Positions 13,125-26,200 of a stretch of 64,000 bases of DNA are shown here, piece by piece; within the stretch, counting starts at the first letter, position 1, and every line of letters starts with the position of its first letter. The stretch spans positions 2,297,892 through 2,361,891 of the forward strand of contig MU054049.1 in NCBI GenBank assembly GCA_013239625.1, written 5' to 3'. This DNA comes from Lama guanicoe. Its lineage: Eukaryota. Below the pieces are notes generated by a model. It made no database searches. It was not told where the DNA came from and worked only from the letters and a program-made list of their open reading frames with translations. A program made the position numbers and the translations under genes.

Positions 13125-14559
13125 TTGTGTGGAGGGTGTAGTTTTCCTGGACACCCATGAACAGCTGAAGGAAATTGTTTACTGCCAATTGTGTACCTTT
13201 TCTTATGTCCTTTAATAGCAGAGACTGGGCAGGTCACTATTTTTAATGGCTTCTCTTTTTCTAAATCCTCCTTAGTGACTCTCCTGGAAAGCCCTCACGT
13301 GGGCTGTGCACGACGGGCTTCTGCCCCTGCCAGCGCGTCTGTGGGAAGGGAAGGCGGGAGACCCGTGGCACCGTGGTGGCAGCTGGCCGGGTTCTGGCCT
13401 GTAGTCTTGAGTGGGATGAGAGAGTAAGATGGCAAATGTGTGGGAAGAGCAGGCGCAGGCGGAGCCTGGGCCCCGGCGCGCCTCCTGCACCCCGCCCTGA
13501 GGAGAGGCTTCCCCTCACTCAGGAGGCCGCTGGCACCAGTTCTCCCGAGCAGCCTGGGCCGCGGTGCTCTGTGCGAGGTGGCAAGCGATTCACTAAGCAA
13601 ACAGCACTTTACAAAAAGAGAATCTTTATTTTGTAATATGTGTGTCCCGTGGGATTGACATTTAAAAGAATGTCTCGTTTAGAAACATCCCCTTCACGAA
13701 CCTGATTATCTCTTCATGTTATAATAGATCTGAAGCCCTTTTTGCCTTATATATTCTAAGAAATGTGACATCCACTCTGTGTCCATAACAGGGACTTGTG
13801 ACTCCAAAGCAGGACAGCCAGGTCTGAGGGCTTTTTCGTAATTTCATGGGAGTTAATGGATTGGATGCTCAGTGTCAATTTGAGCATAATTCCTATGGTT
13901 TCGAGCCTGTCTTATCCCAAGTCTTCACTTCATAGGCCTACCCTGAACATTTCTTTTGTGTCTGTCCTGAAGAAGGGTTCACGAGATCGAAAGGAAAGGA
14001 AAGGAAGTGAGTAATTAGAACAAAAGTGAATATTTAAAAACTATTCCTTTACAGACAAACCGCTCCAGTTTGCGCTGGCTTCACACTGAGAGAGTAAGTC
14101 CGGGCCGCGCGCGCTGCGGGAACTCCTGGGTGTCTGCCGCTCGTTCAGCCCCCACCCGGCAGACTCTGGCTCACTGCCCAGGGCAGAGAGGCAGACTGGC
14201 TGGCTCTGGGGCGAAGGCCAGGAGTGAGCAGCAAACTGCCATGGTCCACTGTGTCCCTGCCCCCAGCCACACCCCTGCCCATTTGTCGCCTTAACTGGAC
14301 TGAACAGAGAGGATCCTTTAGGGGTCCTTGGCCTTGCTGTCGGTCTGTTCTGTCATCAGGGATTATCTGCTGGACCATTTTTCATAAAACCAAAATCACT
14401 ACCATCAAATGGCCTTTGTCCCTTTAAAAAGTCAACTTAAAATTCTGTTTTTAAAAACCAACATGCCAGGCAAATAAGAGTCAACTGGAGGAAAATAAGC
14501 CAGCGGGTTTACAGTGTAACGTGACTATGCCTGGGTACTTCCTCTCCCGGCAGCTCTGC

Positions 14560-14601
14560 AGATGCCTGGGGTGAGATGCCTGGGGTGAGACGCCTGAGGG
14601 C
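14560..14601. repeat. 14-bp tandem repeat x3 (agatgcctggggtg) in the MARCHF8 3'UTR
   Basis: Two exact copies and one diverged copy. Confidence 0.85.
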
Positions 14602-15476
14602 CCTGCCCTCCGTCCTCTGAGCTTTAGGTGTTTCATCCATCCTGTTAGGACATGAAGCAGACACAAGATGATTCCTTTGCCTTTCAGAGTGGAGGCCCCA
14701 TCATTTGTTGTGAAAGCTGGGAGGAGGCTAAAGACTCTCTAGGCGCTGAGGCATGGCTCTCGTAGCAGGCTTTGTCCTCCCGTGGTTGACTCTGGCTGGG
14801 CAGGTCCAACCACAGTCGACCCTTGGAAGTAGGTCAGCCTGCCCTCTGTCTCCCAGGCCACGTCCAGTTCGTGCCTGTGCTCTCTGTGCCCCGAAGTGCA
14901 ATTACCTACACCCCTTCTCAGCCTGGGGACACCGAGCAGCTACAGACTGCCCACTCAGGAGAGCTGAATCCCTGGTCAGCCCTGCCTGTGCCCCTTGTCC
15001 CTGCCACCCTCTAACGGTGGGGGAGTGGTCAAGGGGAGACCTCTTCCCCCTGGTGGAACCCCTTATGCTGAACTTGAAAAGCACTGAGACTTCTGTAAAG
15101 AGGAAAGTGTGCTCAGGCGGGGATAGCCCCTGGCAGCCCTCCCCCTCGTTGTGGCTGGCGCCCCCTGAAGCAGAGGTGCCTTTATCACCGTGACTGTCGC
15201 ATTGCTTCTACGCCCAACCGCATTCTCCCGTGAAGCCCTCTCACTTCTTTTCAGGAAGCACCTAACACCATCTCTTCACCTCCAGCCGAGCTCCTAAAAG
15301 CCTCTGCCTGTGGACAGTCTGTCCCGTCTCCTCCTTTTCTCTCCTGGGATGGCACACAGCTACCCCCTTGCCTCTTTTTTCTCACAGTTTCTGATGAGCA
15401 CCTCTGACCCCGTGGTTCCAGTGCTAACCTCTGCCCCTACAGGGACCAAGTGTCAAGCCCGGGCTGGGTTGTGCTG

Positions 15477-15492
15477 TGCTGCCACCTAGTGG
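15477..15492 (-). promoter_or_regulatory. Putative CTCF site
   Basis: The minus strand reads CCACTAGGTGGCAGCA, a close match to the CTCF core. Confidence 0.6.
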
Positions 15493-16260
15493 GAGCTGCC
15501 AGGCATTCCTTCAGTCTAGGTCAGCTTGCCCTCTAGGTTCTTTTTGGGGGGTTAGTCATTCCGCATTTTCTCATTTTGCTCCTGGCTTTAGTGCGAAGAT
15601 GGCATTTTGCTGAACCGTATAGAAATGAGATGAGCTTGCAGGCCTCTGAGCCAGGAGGGCTGGTATTTGTAGACCAGGCAAGGGGGAGAGGGAAGCAGCC
15701 TCTGCTGTCACCAGCCATCGCTGATTTGGTCTCTGCTCTCCCCGAAATAGCAGTTCCACTCAAGATCTTTTGTGCCTGAGTTTATTTTTAAGATTTTCCT
15801 GAAAACTGTAAAATGTCTCTTCCTACTCCAGGCCCCCTAATGTCTCTTCCTTTTTGGCCTCAGTCACTCTTTTCCATCTCACGGGTCCAGTTCCCAAACC
15901 TACAGATGTGCCCTGCCTGGCCACAGACATACGGGCCCCAGGCACTGGGCCGGTTTTGGAGCCTGAGGTCATGCCTGCATGGGCTGGAGCTGCTTCAGCT
16001 GCCTGGCGGTCGCTGCAGAGCCGGAGGAGGACTGGGCATGGCAAGGTAAAGATCCACGATGCTGTGGGTTTGGCTTAATGCAGATACACTTTGAAGATAC
16101 TTTCCCTTTTGGATCTGATGTGAAATATGCAGCTTCCATCTCTAGCCCAAGCAAAGACCGAAAGGTAGGGACATAAAAGTGTTTGTCTTTGTTCTGGAAG
16201 TAATTAAATTGTGTGACTCATCACCTATTTAGATGCAATGTTTATAGAACATTGATTGTT

Positions 16261-16266
16261 AATAAA
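16261..16266 (+). terminator. Candidate proximal poly(A) signal of MARCHF8
   Basis: AATAAA followed by GU-rich sequence (tgtgtggtgt). Confidence 0.5.
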
Positions 16267-16473
16267 GACCAAATTTACACTGGCATGTGTGGTGTAGTTT
16301 CTAAAAGGCACTTCACACTTGAAGTTTTTCTTAACTTAGAAAATTTCTGGTTACCTGAATGTCTAGTTTTGTATCCTTTCGTGTATGTTCACTGTTTCTC
16401 AGTATTACTGCTTGAATAATTCTGTTTTGGGGGTGGTTTGTGCTGTCTGTACACGGGAGTGTCTAACTGCAGC

Positions 16474-16479
16474 AATAAA
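16474..16479 (+). terminator. Candidate distal poly(A) signal of MARCHF8
   Basis: AATAAA preceded by UGUA motifs and U-rich sequence. Confidence 0.55.
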
Positions 16480-17609
16480 GCATTTCTTTAAAAAGGAGTT
16501 TTGCCAAGAAAGTTGATTTCCTGGAAGGAGGCTGGGAACGTTGGCAGGCCCTCCAGCAGTCTGATCCCCTTTCCGGGTTTCTCTGGCTTGCTCCTCAGGG
16601 GAGAAGAGCCTGTAGCCCCGGCCTGTCCCTGTAACGGAGGACGGATCCCCAGACCCTGGCGGCCAATGGGGAGGCGTGGGTTCTGGAGGGTGTGAAAACT
16701 GAAGTCGTTCCCACAGGTGTGCTTGTTTCAAACATCCAGGCTCTACTTGGGCTCTCCGCCCTGAGAGAAGCCAGACTCCAGTTCGGGGGCTGCAGGCAGC
16801 ATGGCCGTTGCAGCAGCCCACTGCTTAACTAGCCTCAGCTGTGGAAACATTTCTTGAAACACAGTCCAGCTGAGTGAGGGACCCAGGAAGGGCTGGCAGG
16901 ATGGCTGGCGAGAGCTGATCCTGGCTGCGGCTCCCGGCTCCCAGCGGGGCTTCCCTGAGTGATGGCAGTGCTCTTGATCCCCCAGTTTCAGGACTGCAAA
17001 CCACTCCCAAGTCTGTGACTGCTGATGGTGGGTCCCTGGCTTTAGCCGCATGCACAAGGCGAAAGGAGGTGGTTGAGATGGCCCCAGCGTACTGGGGGAG
17101 CCAGGAGAACGCGTCTACCCGTCCACCGGTTCAGGCACCGCAGGAGGCTGCTGGGAGGCTGGGGAGCCTGAGCAGGAGGGTGCTCTGCCAAGTGTCCTCC
17201 TTGCCTGCCTTGGAAGGAGAGGTCCCTGGAACTGAGTGGAGCTGTGGGGGCTCCTAGAGGACGAGGAGGTGACGACAGAGCAGCTGAATCTGCTAAGGTG
17301 TGTGCTTTGGGAGGGAGAGGAGGAAGGTGAGGAAGGTGTGGGAGGAAAGCCAGGAGGCCCCAGGGCTCATCTGAGCTCAATTGTGGATTGGGGGAGTGGT
17401 GAGGGGTGCGGAGCTGACAGAGGAAACTTCTTCAGTAGGAGTGTGAAGTTGCGGCGCCAAGAGGAGCCTCTTTGCTTTGAGGACCCGATGAACTTAATGA
17501 GCTTGGCTGAAAGGACACCAAGTAGGGTCTTTTTGCAGGTAGGCTTGGGACAGTGCCACCCCAAGGCCTTTCTGCCCTTTGACACCAGCCACAAAGTGAC
17601 GAGTAGAGC

Positions 17610-17626
17610 TGCCACTAGGGGGCACT
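17610..17626 (+). promoter_or_regulatory. Putative CTCF site
   Basis: TGCCACTAGGGGGCACT, a close match to the CTCF core. Confidence 0.6.
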
Positions 17627-17699
17627 CTGAATCCACCAGGTCAGGGCTGGTCTTTCCGTCTTGTCAATACACTCATGGGCGTGCAGCCCTGCCGGTTCA

Positions 17700-17830
17700 C
17701 TGACATGTTGTGTTCAGCTTGTTTCCTGCTATCATGGCAAAGGTGAAAAGCTGGGACCACTCGTATGGCCTGCAAAGACTACCGTCTTTATTTACATGGC
17801 CCTTTATAGAAAAAGTTTGCCAATCCTCCG
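17700..17830. mobile_element. MER58-like hAT MITE fragment
   Basis: Ends in tggccctttatagaaaaagtttgccaatcc, the MER58 terminal motif. Confidence 0.6.
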
Positions 17831-17879
17831 TCTGTAAATGGTGCCCCTAGAGTTGTGCACAGCCCACGTGGCGTCAGAG

Positions 17880-20264
17880 GCTTGGATGAATCCTTCTCTT
17901 TTATCTTACTGATGTTTTACTTTGCTTTTATTAGATAAAGGAGATCAAACATCTTTTGTTTACTGCCCATTTCTGTGAACTCTGTGAATTTCCATGTCTT
18001 GGCCATTTCTGTAGGACTCTTTTTTTTTTTTAGTATCTTTAGATGGAATCATTGGTACTTTTTATGATGTAAAAACATTAACTCTCTACTTTTATATAAA
18101 TGGCAAGTAAGTGCAGTTTATGAGCTTTTTTAACATTTTATTATGAAAATTTTAAATATAAAAGTTTACCTGTATAGGGAGAATACATACACCCTGGATT
18201 CTATAATTAACATGTTGCTATATCTGCTTTACCATGTGTCTCCATCTATTCATCACTCTGTCCATCAACTTATTTTTTTATTCATGAATTTCAGAGTACA
18301 TTGTGGCCGAATACTTCACCTCAGCCACTTCAATCTGCATAGTGTTAACCTGGAATTCAGTATTTGTTTATGGTTCTTTTTGTTCTTAGGTAAAATTTAC
18401 ACAGCGTGAAACACATCAATCTTAAGTATACCACGTGATGAGTTTTGGCAAGTGTATCCACCAGTGTAATCCAAACCCCTTTCAGAACATAGAGTATCAC
18501 AATTCTGTAAATCTGATGCTCTTTCCAATCCATGCTTGTCTCCATACTCCCCAAAGCAGACATTGCTCTGATTTTTTTGGTTTTAGCTTGTCCTAGAACT
18601 TAATTTTAAGGGAGCCATACGTACAGTATAGTCTTTTGTATAACGAGTCTTTCAGTCAGCACAGTGTTTTTGAGTTTCATCTATGCTAATTGTATCAGTT
18701 AGCTCATTGTTTAATTGTTGAGTAATATTCCATTGTACGAATATACCAGTGTCTTCATCCATTTTCTTATTGCTGGATAAGGCTGTTTCCAGTGTTTAGC
18801 CATTATGACCAGAACTGCTAAGAACATTTTTGTACAAATGTTTCTGTGGACGTATGTTTTCATTTCTTTTGGGTAGTGCCAAGGAATGAAATACTGGTTC
18901 AGATAGAGTAGGGATATGTTTAGTTTTTTAAGAAACTAAACAGACATTTTTCCAAAGCAGGTGTACCATTTTACATCCCCACCAACAACATGTGAGGGTT
19001 CCAGTTACTTCAAATCCTTGCCGGCATTTGGTGTTGTCAGTCACCAACATAAAATACAAGAATTTCAGCCATTCCCAGAGATGTCTGTTTTATTCATTGT
19101 AGTTTTAATTTGCATTTTCCTAATGACTAATGATGTTGAGCATCTTTTTATGTGCATTGGTCATGTGTTTATTTGCCATTCACAAATCCTCTATTTCTTT
19201 ATATCAGTGGCCAGTACACAGCCTACTGGCCAAATCCAGCCCATGGACTATTTTTTTAAGAACTTTGAGCTAGAAATGTGTTTTACATTTTAAAAGATTC
19301 TTTTAAAAAATGCAACAGATTGTATGTAGCCTCCCAGATCTAAAATATTTTACAGAAAAAATTTGCTGACCCTGCTGTGTATTTAAAGTTGTATCTTGTA
19401 TATAACATATTGTTGGGTATTGATTTTTTAAAATCTATTCTGATATCTCTCCCTTTTAATTGGAGTTTTTAGTTCAGTAATATTTAATGTAATTATCAGT
19501 ATGGTTGATTCTGTGTCTACCTGTATATTGTTTGTTTTCTTTTTGTCCTATCTAGTTTTTGTTTCTCTTGTCCTCTTTTCATGCTTTCTTTTCAGTTATT
19601 TATATATTTTTAGAATCCCATTTTATGTCATCTATTGGGTTTGAGCTATACTTCTTTATTTTTAGTAGTTGCTCTAGAGATTATGATCTATGTACTTAAT
19701 TTTTCACAAATTACTTACAATTAATATTGTACCACTTGAGGTAAGAGGTAAGAACCATGTGACTGAAAAAGTCCATTTAATACCCATTGTGTTTTATGCT
19801 ACCTTCATATATATTATGCTTACATGTGTTACAAATGCCACATGATGATGTACAATATTTGCCTTAAATAGTCATATATATTTTAATGGAATTAATTTAA
19901 ATTTAATTTATCTCTTAATTTGCCAAATATTTACCATTTCTGATACTCTTCCATCTTTCCTGGGGACCTGACTTTCCATCTAGTGTCTTTCTCTTCAGCT
20001 TGAAGAATTTCCTTTAGCAGTTCTTTGTACTATAGATCTGTTGGTGATGGATTTTCTTAGTCTCGTTTTACCTAAAATTTTCTTAATTTTGTTTTCATAC
20101 TTGAAGGATATTGTTGCAGGTAACAGAATTGTGTTGGTACTTGTTTTCTTTCAATATTTTAAAATGTAGTTCCATTGTCTGTTGGCATGTACAATTTCTG
20201 ATGAAAACTCATATGTAATTCAAATCATTCCATTGTATGTGTGTGTCATGGCTTTCAGATTTTC
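17880..20264 (-). mobile_element. Old L1 (L1M-type) fragments, left part, with an embedded MER58-like MITE near 19200-19375
   Basis: Contains L1 3'UTR/ORF2-like motifs (ttgtagttttaatttgcattttcctaatgactaatgatgttgagcat) and ORF1-region motifs (cttgaaggatatt...gctttcagattttctc). Confidence 0.7.
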
Positions 20265-20275
20265 TCCTTAAACTC

Positions 20276-23200
20276 TTTTTTTAAGTATAAGCATCTTTTT
20301 TTTTATTGAAGTATAGTCAGTTACAATGTGTCACTTTCTGGTGTAAAGCATAGTATCCCAGTCATGAATATATATGCATACATTCATTTTCATATCCTTT
20401 TTTATTAAAGGGTATTATGAGATACTGAATATAGTTCCTTGTGATATACAGAATAAATTTGTTTTTTTATCTATTTTTATATATAGTGGTTAATATTTGC
20501 AAATCTCAAACTCCCAAATTTATCCCTTCCTACCCCCTTTCCCCTGGTAACCATAAGATTATTTACTATGTCTGCGAGTCTGTTCCTGTTCTGTAGATGA
20601 GTTCATTAGTGTCCTCTTTATTCTTTCTTTCTTTCTTTTTTTTTTTTAGATTCCACATATGAGTGATAAAATATGGCATTTTTCTTTCTCTTTCTGGCTT
20701 ACTTCACTTCGAATGACAACCACCAGGTCCATCCATATTGCTGCAAATGGCATTATTTTATTCTTTTTTATGGTTGAGTAGCATTCCATTGTATACATAT
20801 ACCACAACTTCTTTATCCAGTCATCTGTCAGTGGACATTTAGGTTGCTTCTATGTCTTGGCTATTGTATATAGTGCTGCTATAAATATTAGGGTGCGGAT
20901 ATCTTTTTGAATTAGAATTCCCTGCAGATATATGCCCAGAAGTAGGATTGCTGGATCATACGGTAAGTCTATTTTTAGTTTTTTTGAGGAATCTTCATAC
21001 TGTTTTCCATAATGGCTGCACCAAACTACATTCTCACCAACAATGTAGGAGGGTTCCCCTTTCTCCACACCCTCTCCAGCATTTATTGTTTGTGGGCATT
21101 TTAATGATGGCCATTCTGAATGGTGTGAGGTGATACCTCACTGTAGTTTTGATTTGCATTTCTCTAATAATTAGCAATACTGAGCATTTTTCATGTGCCT
21201 ATTGGTCATTTTTATGTCTTCATTGGAGAATTGGTCGTTTAGGTCTTCTGCCCATTTTTGAATTGGCTTTTGTTGTTATTAAGTTGTAAGAGCTGTTTAT
21301 ATATTCTGGAAATTAAACCTTTGTTTGTTTCATCATTTGAAAATATTTTCTCCCATTCTGTAGGTTGTCTTTTTGTTTATGGTTTCCTTTGCTTTGCAAA
21401 AGGATGTAAGTTTAATCAGGTCTCATATGTTAATTTTTGCTTTTATTTCCATTGCCTGGGTAGACTGCCCTAGGAGAACATTGCTAAGATTTATGTCAGA
21501 GAATATTTTGCCTTTATTTTCTTCTCGGAGATTTATCGTGTCTTGTCTTATGTTTAGGTCTTTAAGCCGTTTTGAGTTAATTTTTGTGCATGGTGTAAGG
21601 GAGTGTTCTAACTTCATTGATTTACGTGCTGCTGTCCAGTTTTCCCAACACCACTGTTTGAAGAGACTAATTCTCCATTGTATATTCTTGCCTCCTTTGT
21701 CAAAGATTAATTGACTATATGTCTGTGGGTTTATTTCTGGGCTATCTATTCTGTCCCATGGATCCATATGTCTGTTTTTCTACCAACATCATACTGCTTT
21801 GATTACTGTGAGCTCTCTGTAGTATTGTCTGCAGACTGGGAGGGTTATGCCTCCAGCTTTGTTCTTTTCTTCAGTATTGCTTTGGCAATTCTGAGTCTTT
21901 TTGATTCCATATAAATTTTAGGATTATTTGTTCTAGTTCTGAGAAAACTACTATAGATAATTTGATAGGGATCACATTAAATCTGTAGATTGCCTTGGGC
22001 AGTATGGCCATTTTAACAATACTGATTCTCCAATCCAAGAGCATTGGATATCTTTCCATTTCTTTAACTCATCTTTAATTTCCTTAATCAGTGTTTTGTA
22101 GTTTTCCATATATAAGTCTTTCACTTTCTTGCTCAGATTTATCCCTAAGTGTTTTATTGTTTTAGATGTGATTTTAAAAGAGATTGTTGCTTTACTTTTT
22201 TTTTCTGATATTTCATTGTTAGTTTAAAGAAATGCAACTGATTTCTATCTGTTAATCTTGTGTCCTGCTACCTGAATTCTTTTATCAGCTCTAGTAGTTT
22301 TTGTGTGGAGTTTTCTATATATAGTATCGTGTCATCCACATATAGTGAAATTTTACCTCTCTGTTTCCAATTTGAATCCTTTCAATTTCTTTTTCTTGCC
22401 TGATTGCTGTGGCTAGGACTTCCAAGACTATGTTGAATAGAAGTGGTAAGAGTGGGCATCCTTGCCTTTTTCCAGATTTTTACTGGGAATGCTTTTAGTT
22501 TTTCCCTGTTGAGTATTATGCTGGCTGTGGATATGTCATAAATAGCTTTTATTATGTTGAGATATGTTCTTTCTATACCCACTTTGGTAAGAGGTTTTTT
22601 TTATTATAAAAAGGTGTTTAATTTTAATTAATCAAATGCTTTTTCTGCATGTATTGAGAGGATCACGCAATTTTTGTCCTTTCTTTTCTGGATGTGGTAT
22701 ATGACATTGATCAATTTGTGTATGTTGAACCATCCTTGTGTCCCTGGGATGAACCAACTTGATCATAGTGTATTATCTTTTTTATGTGTTGTTGGATTCT
22801 GTTTGTTATAACGTATTTTGAGGATTTTTGCATCTATGTTCATTCAATGATATTGGCCTGTAATTTTCATTTTTGGTAGTGTTTTTGTCTGGTTTTGGTA
22901 TCAGGGTGATGGTGGCATCATAGAATTAGTTTGAGAGGATCTCCTCCTCTTCAATCTTTGGAATAGTGTGAGAAGGATCAGTATAAGTTTTTCTTTATAT
23001 GTTTGATAGAATTCCCCAGTGATACCATCTGGTCCTGGACTTTTGTTAGTAGGGAGATTTTTTTTATTGCTGATTCTATTTCACTTTTAGTGATCGGTCT
23101 ATTCAAGTGATCTGTTTCTTCTTGATTCAGTCTTGGTGGACTGTATGTTTCCAGAAGTGTGTCCATTTCTTCTAGGTTGTCCAGATTATTTCCATACAGT

Positions 23201-26200
23201 TGTTCATAGTAGTCTCATTTTTTTTAATATTTCTGTGGTATTGGTTGTAATTTCTCTATTTTCCTTTCTTATTTTCTTTGTGTTTTCTCTCTTTTCTTCT
23301 TGGTGAGTCTAGACAGAGGTTTGTCAACTTTGTTTACTCTTTAAAAAAAACAGTTCTTGGTTTGATTGACTTTTTTAAAATCTCTATTTCATTTATTTTC
23401 TCCCTGACCTTTATTATTTCCTTCCTTATGCTGACTTTAGGTTTTATTTGTTCTTTTTCTAATTCTTTTAGCTGGTAGGTTTAGGTTGTTTATTGGAGAT
23501 TTTTCTTAATATTTGAGGAGGGCCTGTATCACTGTGAACATCCCTCTTAGGACTGCTTTTGCTGCACCTGTAGATTTTGTGTAGTTGTGTTTTCATTGTC
23601 CTTTGTCTCAAAGTATTTTTTAATTTCTTTTTTTTTATTTCATTGTTGACACATTGGTCTTTTAGTAGCATGCTGTTTAGTCTCCATGCTGTCATTTTTT
23701 TCTCATTTGTTTTCTGTGGTTGATTTCTCATTTCATGGCATTGTAGTCAGAAAAGATACTTAAAATAATTTCTGTCATCTTAAATTTGTTTATGCCTGAG
23801 TATATGATCTTTTATGCCTGAGTATATGATCTGTCCTGGAGAATGTTCCATGCGCACTTGAAAAGAATGTATATTCTGTTTTGGGGGGATGTAATGTCCT
23901 AAAAATATCAACCAAGTTGAACTGTTCTATTGTGTCATTTAGTATGGCCTTATTGATTTTCTGTCTGGAAGATCTGCCCAATGATGTTAATGGGGTGTTA
24001 AAATCTCCAACTATGATTGTGTTCCCATCAATTTCTCCCTTTATACTATTTGCTTTATATGTTTAGGTACTCCTATACTGGATATATATATGTTAGTGAG
24101 TGTAATATCTTCATCTTATATTGCTCCTTTAATCAGTATACTGTGTTCTTCTTTATCTTTCTTTATGGCCTTTGTTTTAAAGTCTATTTTGTCTGATATG
24201 AGATTGCTGCTCCCACTTTCTTGTCATTTCTATTTGCATGAAATATCTTTTTCCATCTTCTCACTTCCAATCTATGTGTATCCTTCACCCTAAAATGGGT
24301 CACTCGTATGCAGCATATTGTAGGTTCTTGTTTTATTATCCAATCTGCCACACTGTCTCTTTTGATTGGAGCATTTAGTCCATTGATACTTATGGTAATT
24401 ATTGATAGATGTGTGTTTATTGCCATATTGAGCTTAGTTTTCCAGTTGATTTGGTATTTCCTCTTTGTTCCTTTTTCTTTTTGTGGTTTGATAATTTTCT
24501 TTGTATTAGCTGTTTCTTTTTGTGATTTTTGTATGCTTTTGATTTGTAGTTACCCTATTTTTAATTATATTAACCCATTACTATATCTGTTGGCTTTAAA
24601 CTGATAGTCGTATAAGCTCAAACACATCCTAAAAAGAATGAAAAAGGAAAAATAATCTGTATTTTCTTGCTCCCCTCTCTCACCTTTAATGATTTTGATG
24701 TCCTCTTTTACATCTTCATATTTATTCTGTTGCAACTTATCTTTATCTCATTATTGCATTATCCAATTACGGTTTTCTCCTTTCTAGAGTGTCCTGCTTC
24801 TTTTCTATTTAGAGTATACCTTTCAATATTTCTGTTAGCATAGGTTTAGTTTAGTATTGCTGAATTCTTTTAGTTTTTGCTTGTCTGTGAAATTCTTTAT
24901 CTCTCCTTCTATTCTAAAGGATAGATTGCTGGATAGGGTATCCTAGGTTGCAGCTTTTTCTCATTTATGACTTTCAATACATCTTGCCACTCCCTTCTGG
25001 CCTCCAATGTTTGTGTTGAGAAATCAGCTGAAAGTCTTATGGGAGTTCACTTATAACTAACTCTTTGTTTTTCTCTTGCTGCCTTTAGAATCATTTATTT
25101 ATCTTTAACTTTGGTCATCTTAATTATATGTCTTGGTGTAGGTCTATTTGGGTTCTTCTTGTTTGAGACCCTCTGTGCTTTCTGTACTTGGATATCTGAT
25201 TCCTTCTTTAGGTTTGGGAGGTTTTCAGTCATGATTTCTTCAAATGCCTTTTCAATCTCCTTTGCTTTCTTCTCCTTCTGGGACCCCAATTATGCATAGA
25301 TTGGCATACTTTATATTATCCCATAGGTCCCTTATATTGCTCTCAGTTTTCACCTGCTTTTCTGTCTATTGTTCTGATTGGGTGATTTCTGTTATCCTGT
25401 CTTCTAAGTCACTTATTTGTTCCTCTGCATTATCTAGTCTGCTTTTGACTGCCTTCAGTTTGGCTCTTATCTCAGCCAGTGAGTTTTCTGTTTTTAATTG
25501 GCTCCTCTTCATAGTTCCTATTTCCTTTTTATAGTATTCTGCATTTTTACTCATAGTCTCTCATTTCCTTCAGTGCTTTTATCATCCCCTTTTTGAACGC
25601 ATGATCTAGTAGACTGTCGAGGTCTATTTCATTGATTGTTCTTTCAGGGGACTTCTCTTGTTCTTTTAATTGGGAGTGGTTCCTCTGCTTCTTCATTTTA
25701 CTTATATCTCTCTGGCACTATGGATTAAGGATTATCAGTCATCTACTGTGGTCTTGAAGGTCTGTTTTTTTTTTAATTATTTAAAGAGGAATTGTTCCTG
25801 TGTGCCTCTAGTAATTTTATTGCAAGGTCTGTTTCTTAGTATGGATGGTTGCCTCTTCTTTTTTCTGTGTGTGTTGGCTGTTACCCCTTTGATTGAGGAT
25901 GTGGCTGGTGTTGTGGTGATTAGGGCCTGCCCTGGTTGTTGAGTGGGGCCTCTTTTTTGTTCTGTGGTTGTCACAGCCCTGCCAGGGGCCAGGTATATTC
26001 CCTTTTTTTCTGGAGTGGAGGCTTCCAGACCCATTTCTGAGCCAGTGGTCTGTGGTAGCCAGGGTTAGAGTGCTTCAAGTACTCTTTGTTGACACTGCCC
26101 TTGTCCTTGCTTCAGCTGTGGGAATGTCAGTACTCTGCTCTGGTGTCCCCCAGGTCCTGTGTCCTCAGAGGTACCAGTGCAGATCTGCCGACATCAGGCA

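Larger units (their letters stand above)
13125..16495 (+). other. MARCHF8: MARCHF8 3'UTR (approximate end)
   Basis: Repeat-poor sequence after the stop codon, ending in an AT/U-rich block with AATAAA at 16261 and 16474. Confidence 0.6.

Noticed and set aside
20646..25696. Active L1 ORF1/ORF2
   Set aside because: Multiple frameshifts and stops; the longest ORF2-frame fragment in the ORF track is about 114 aa.
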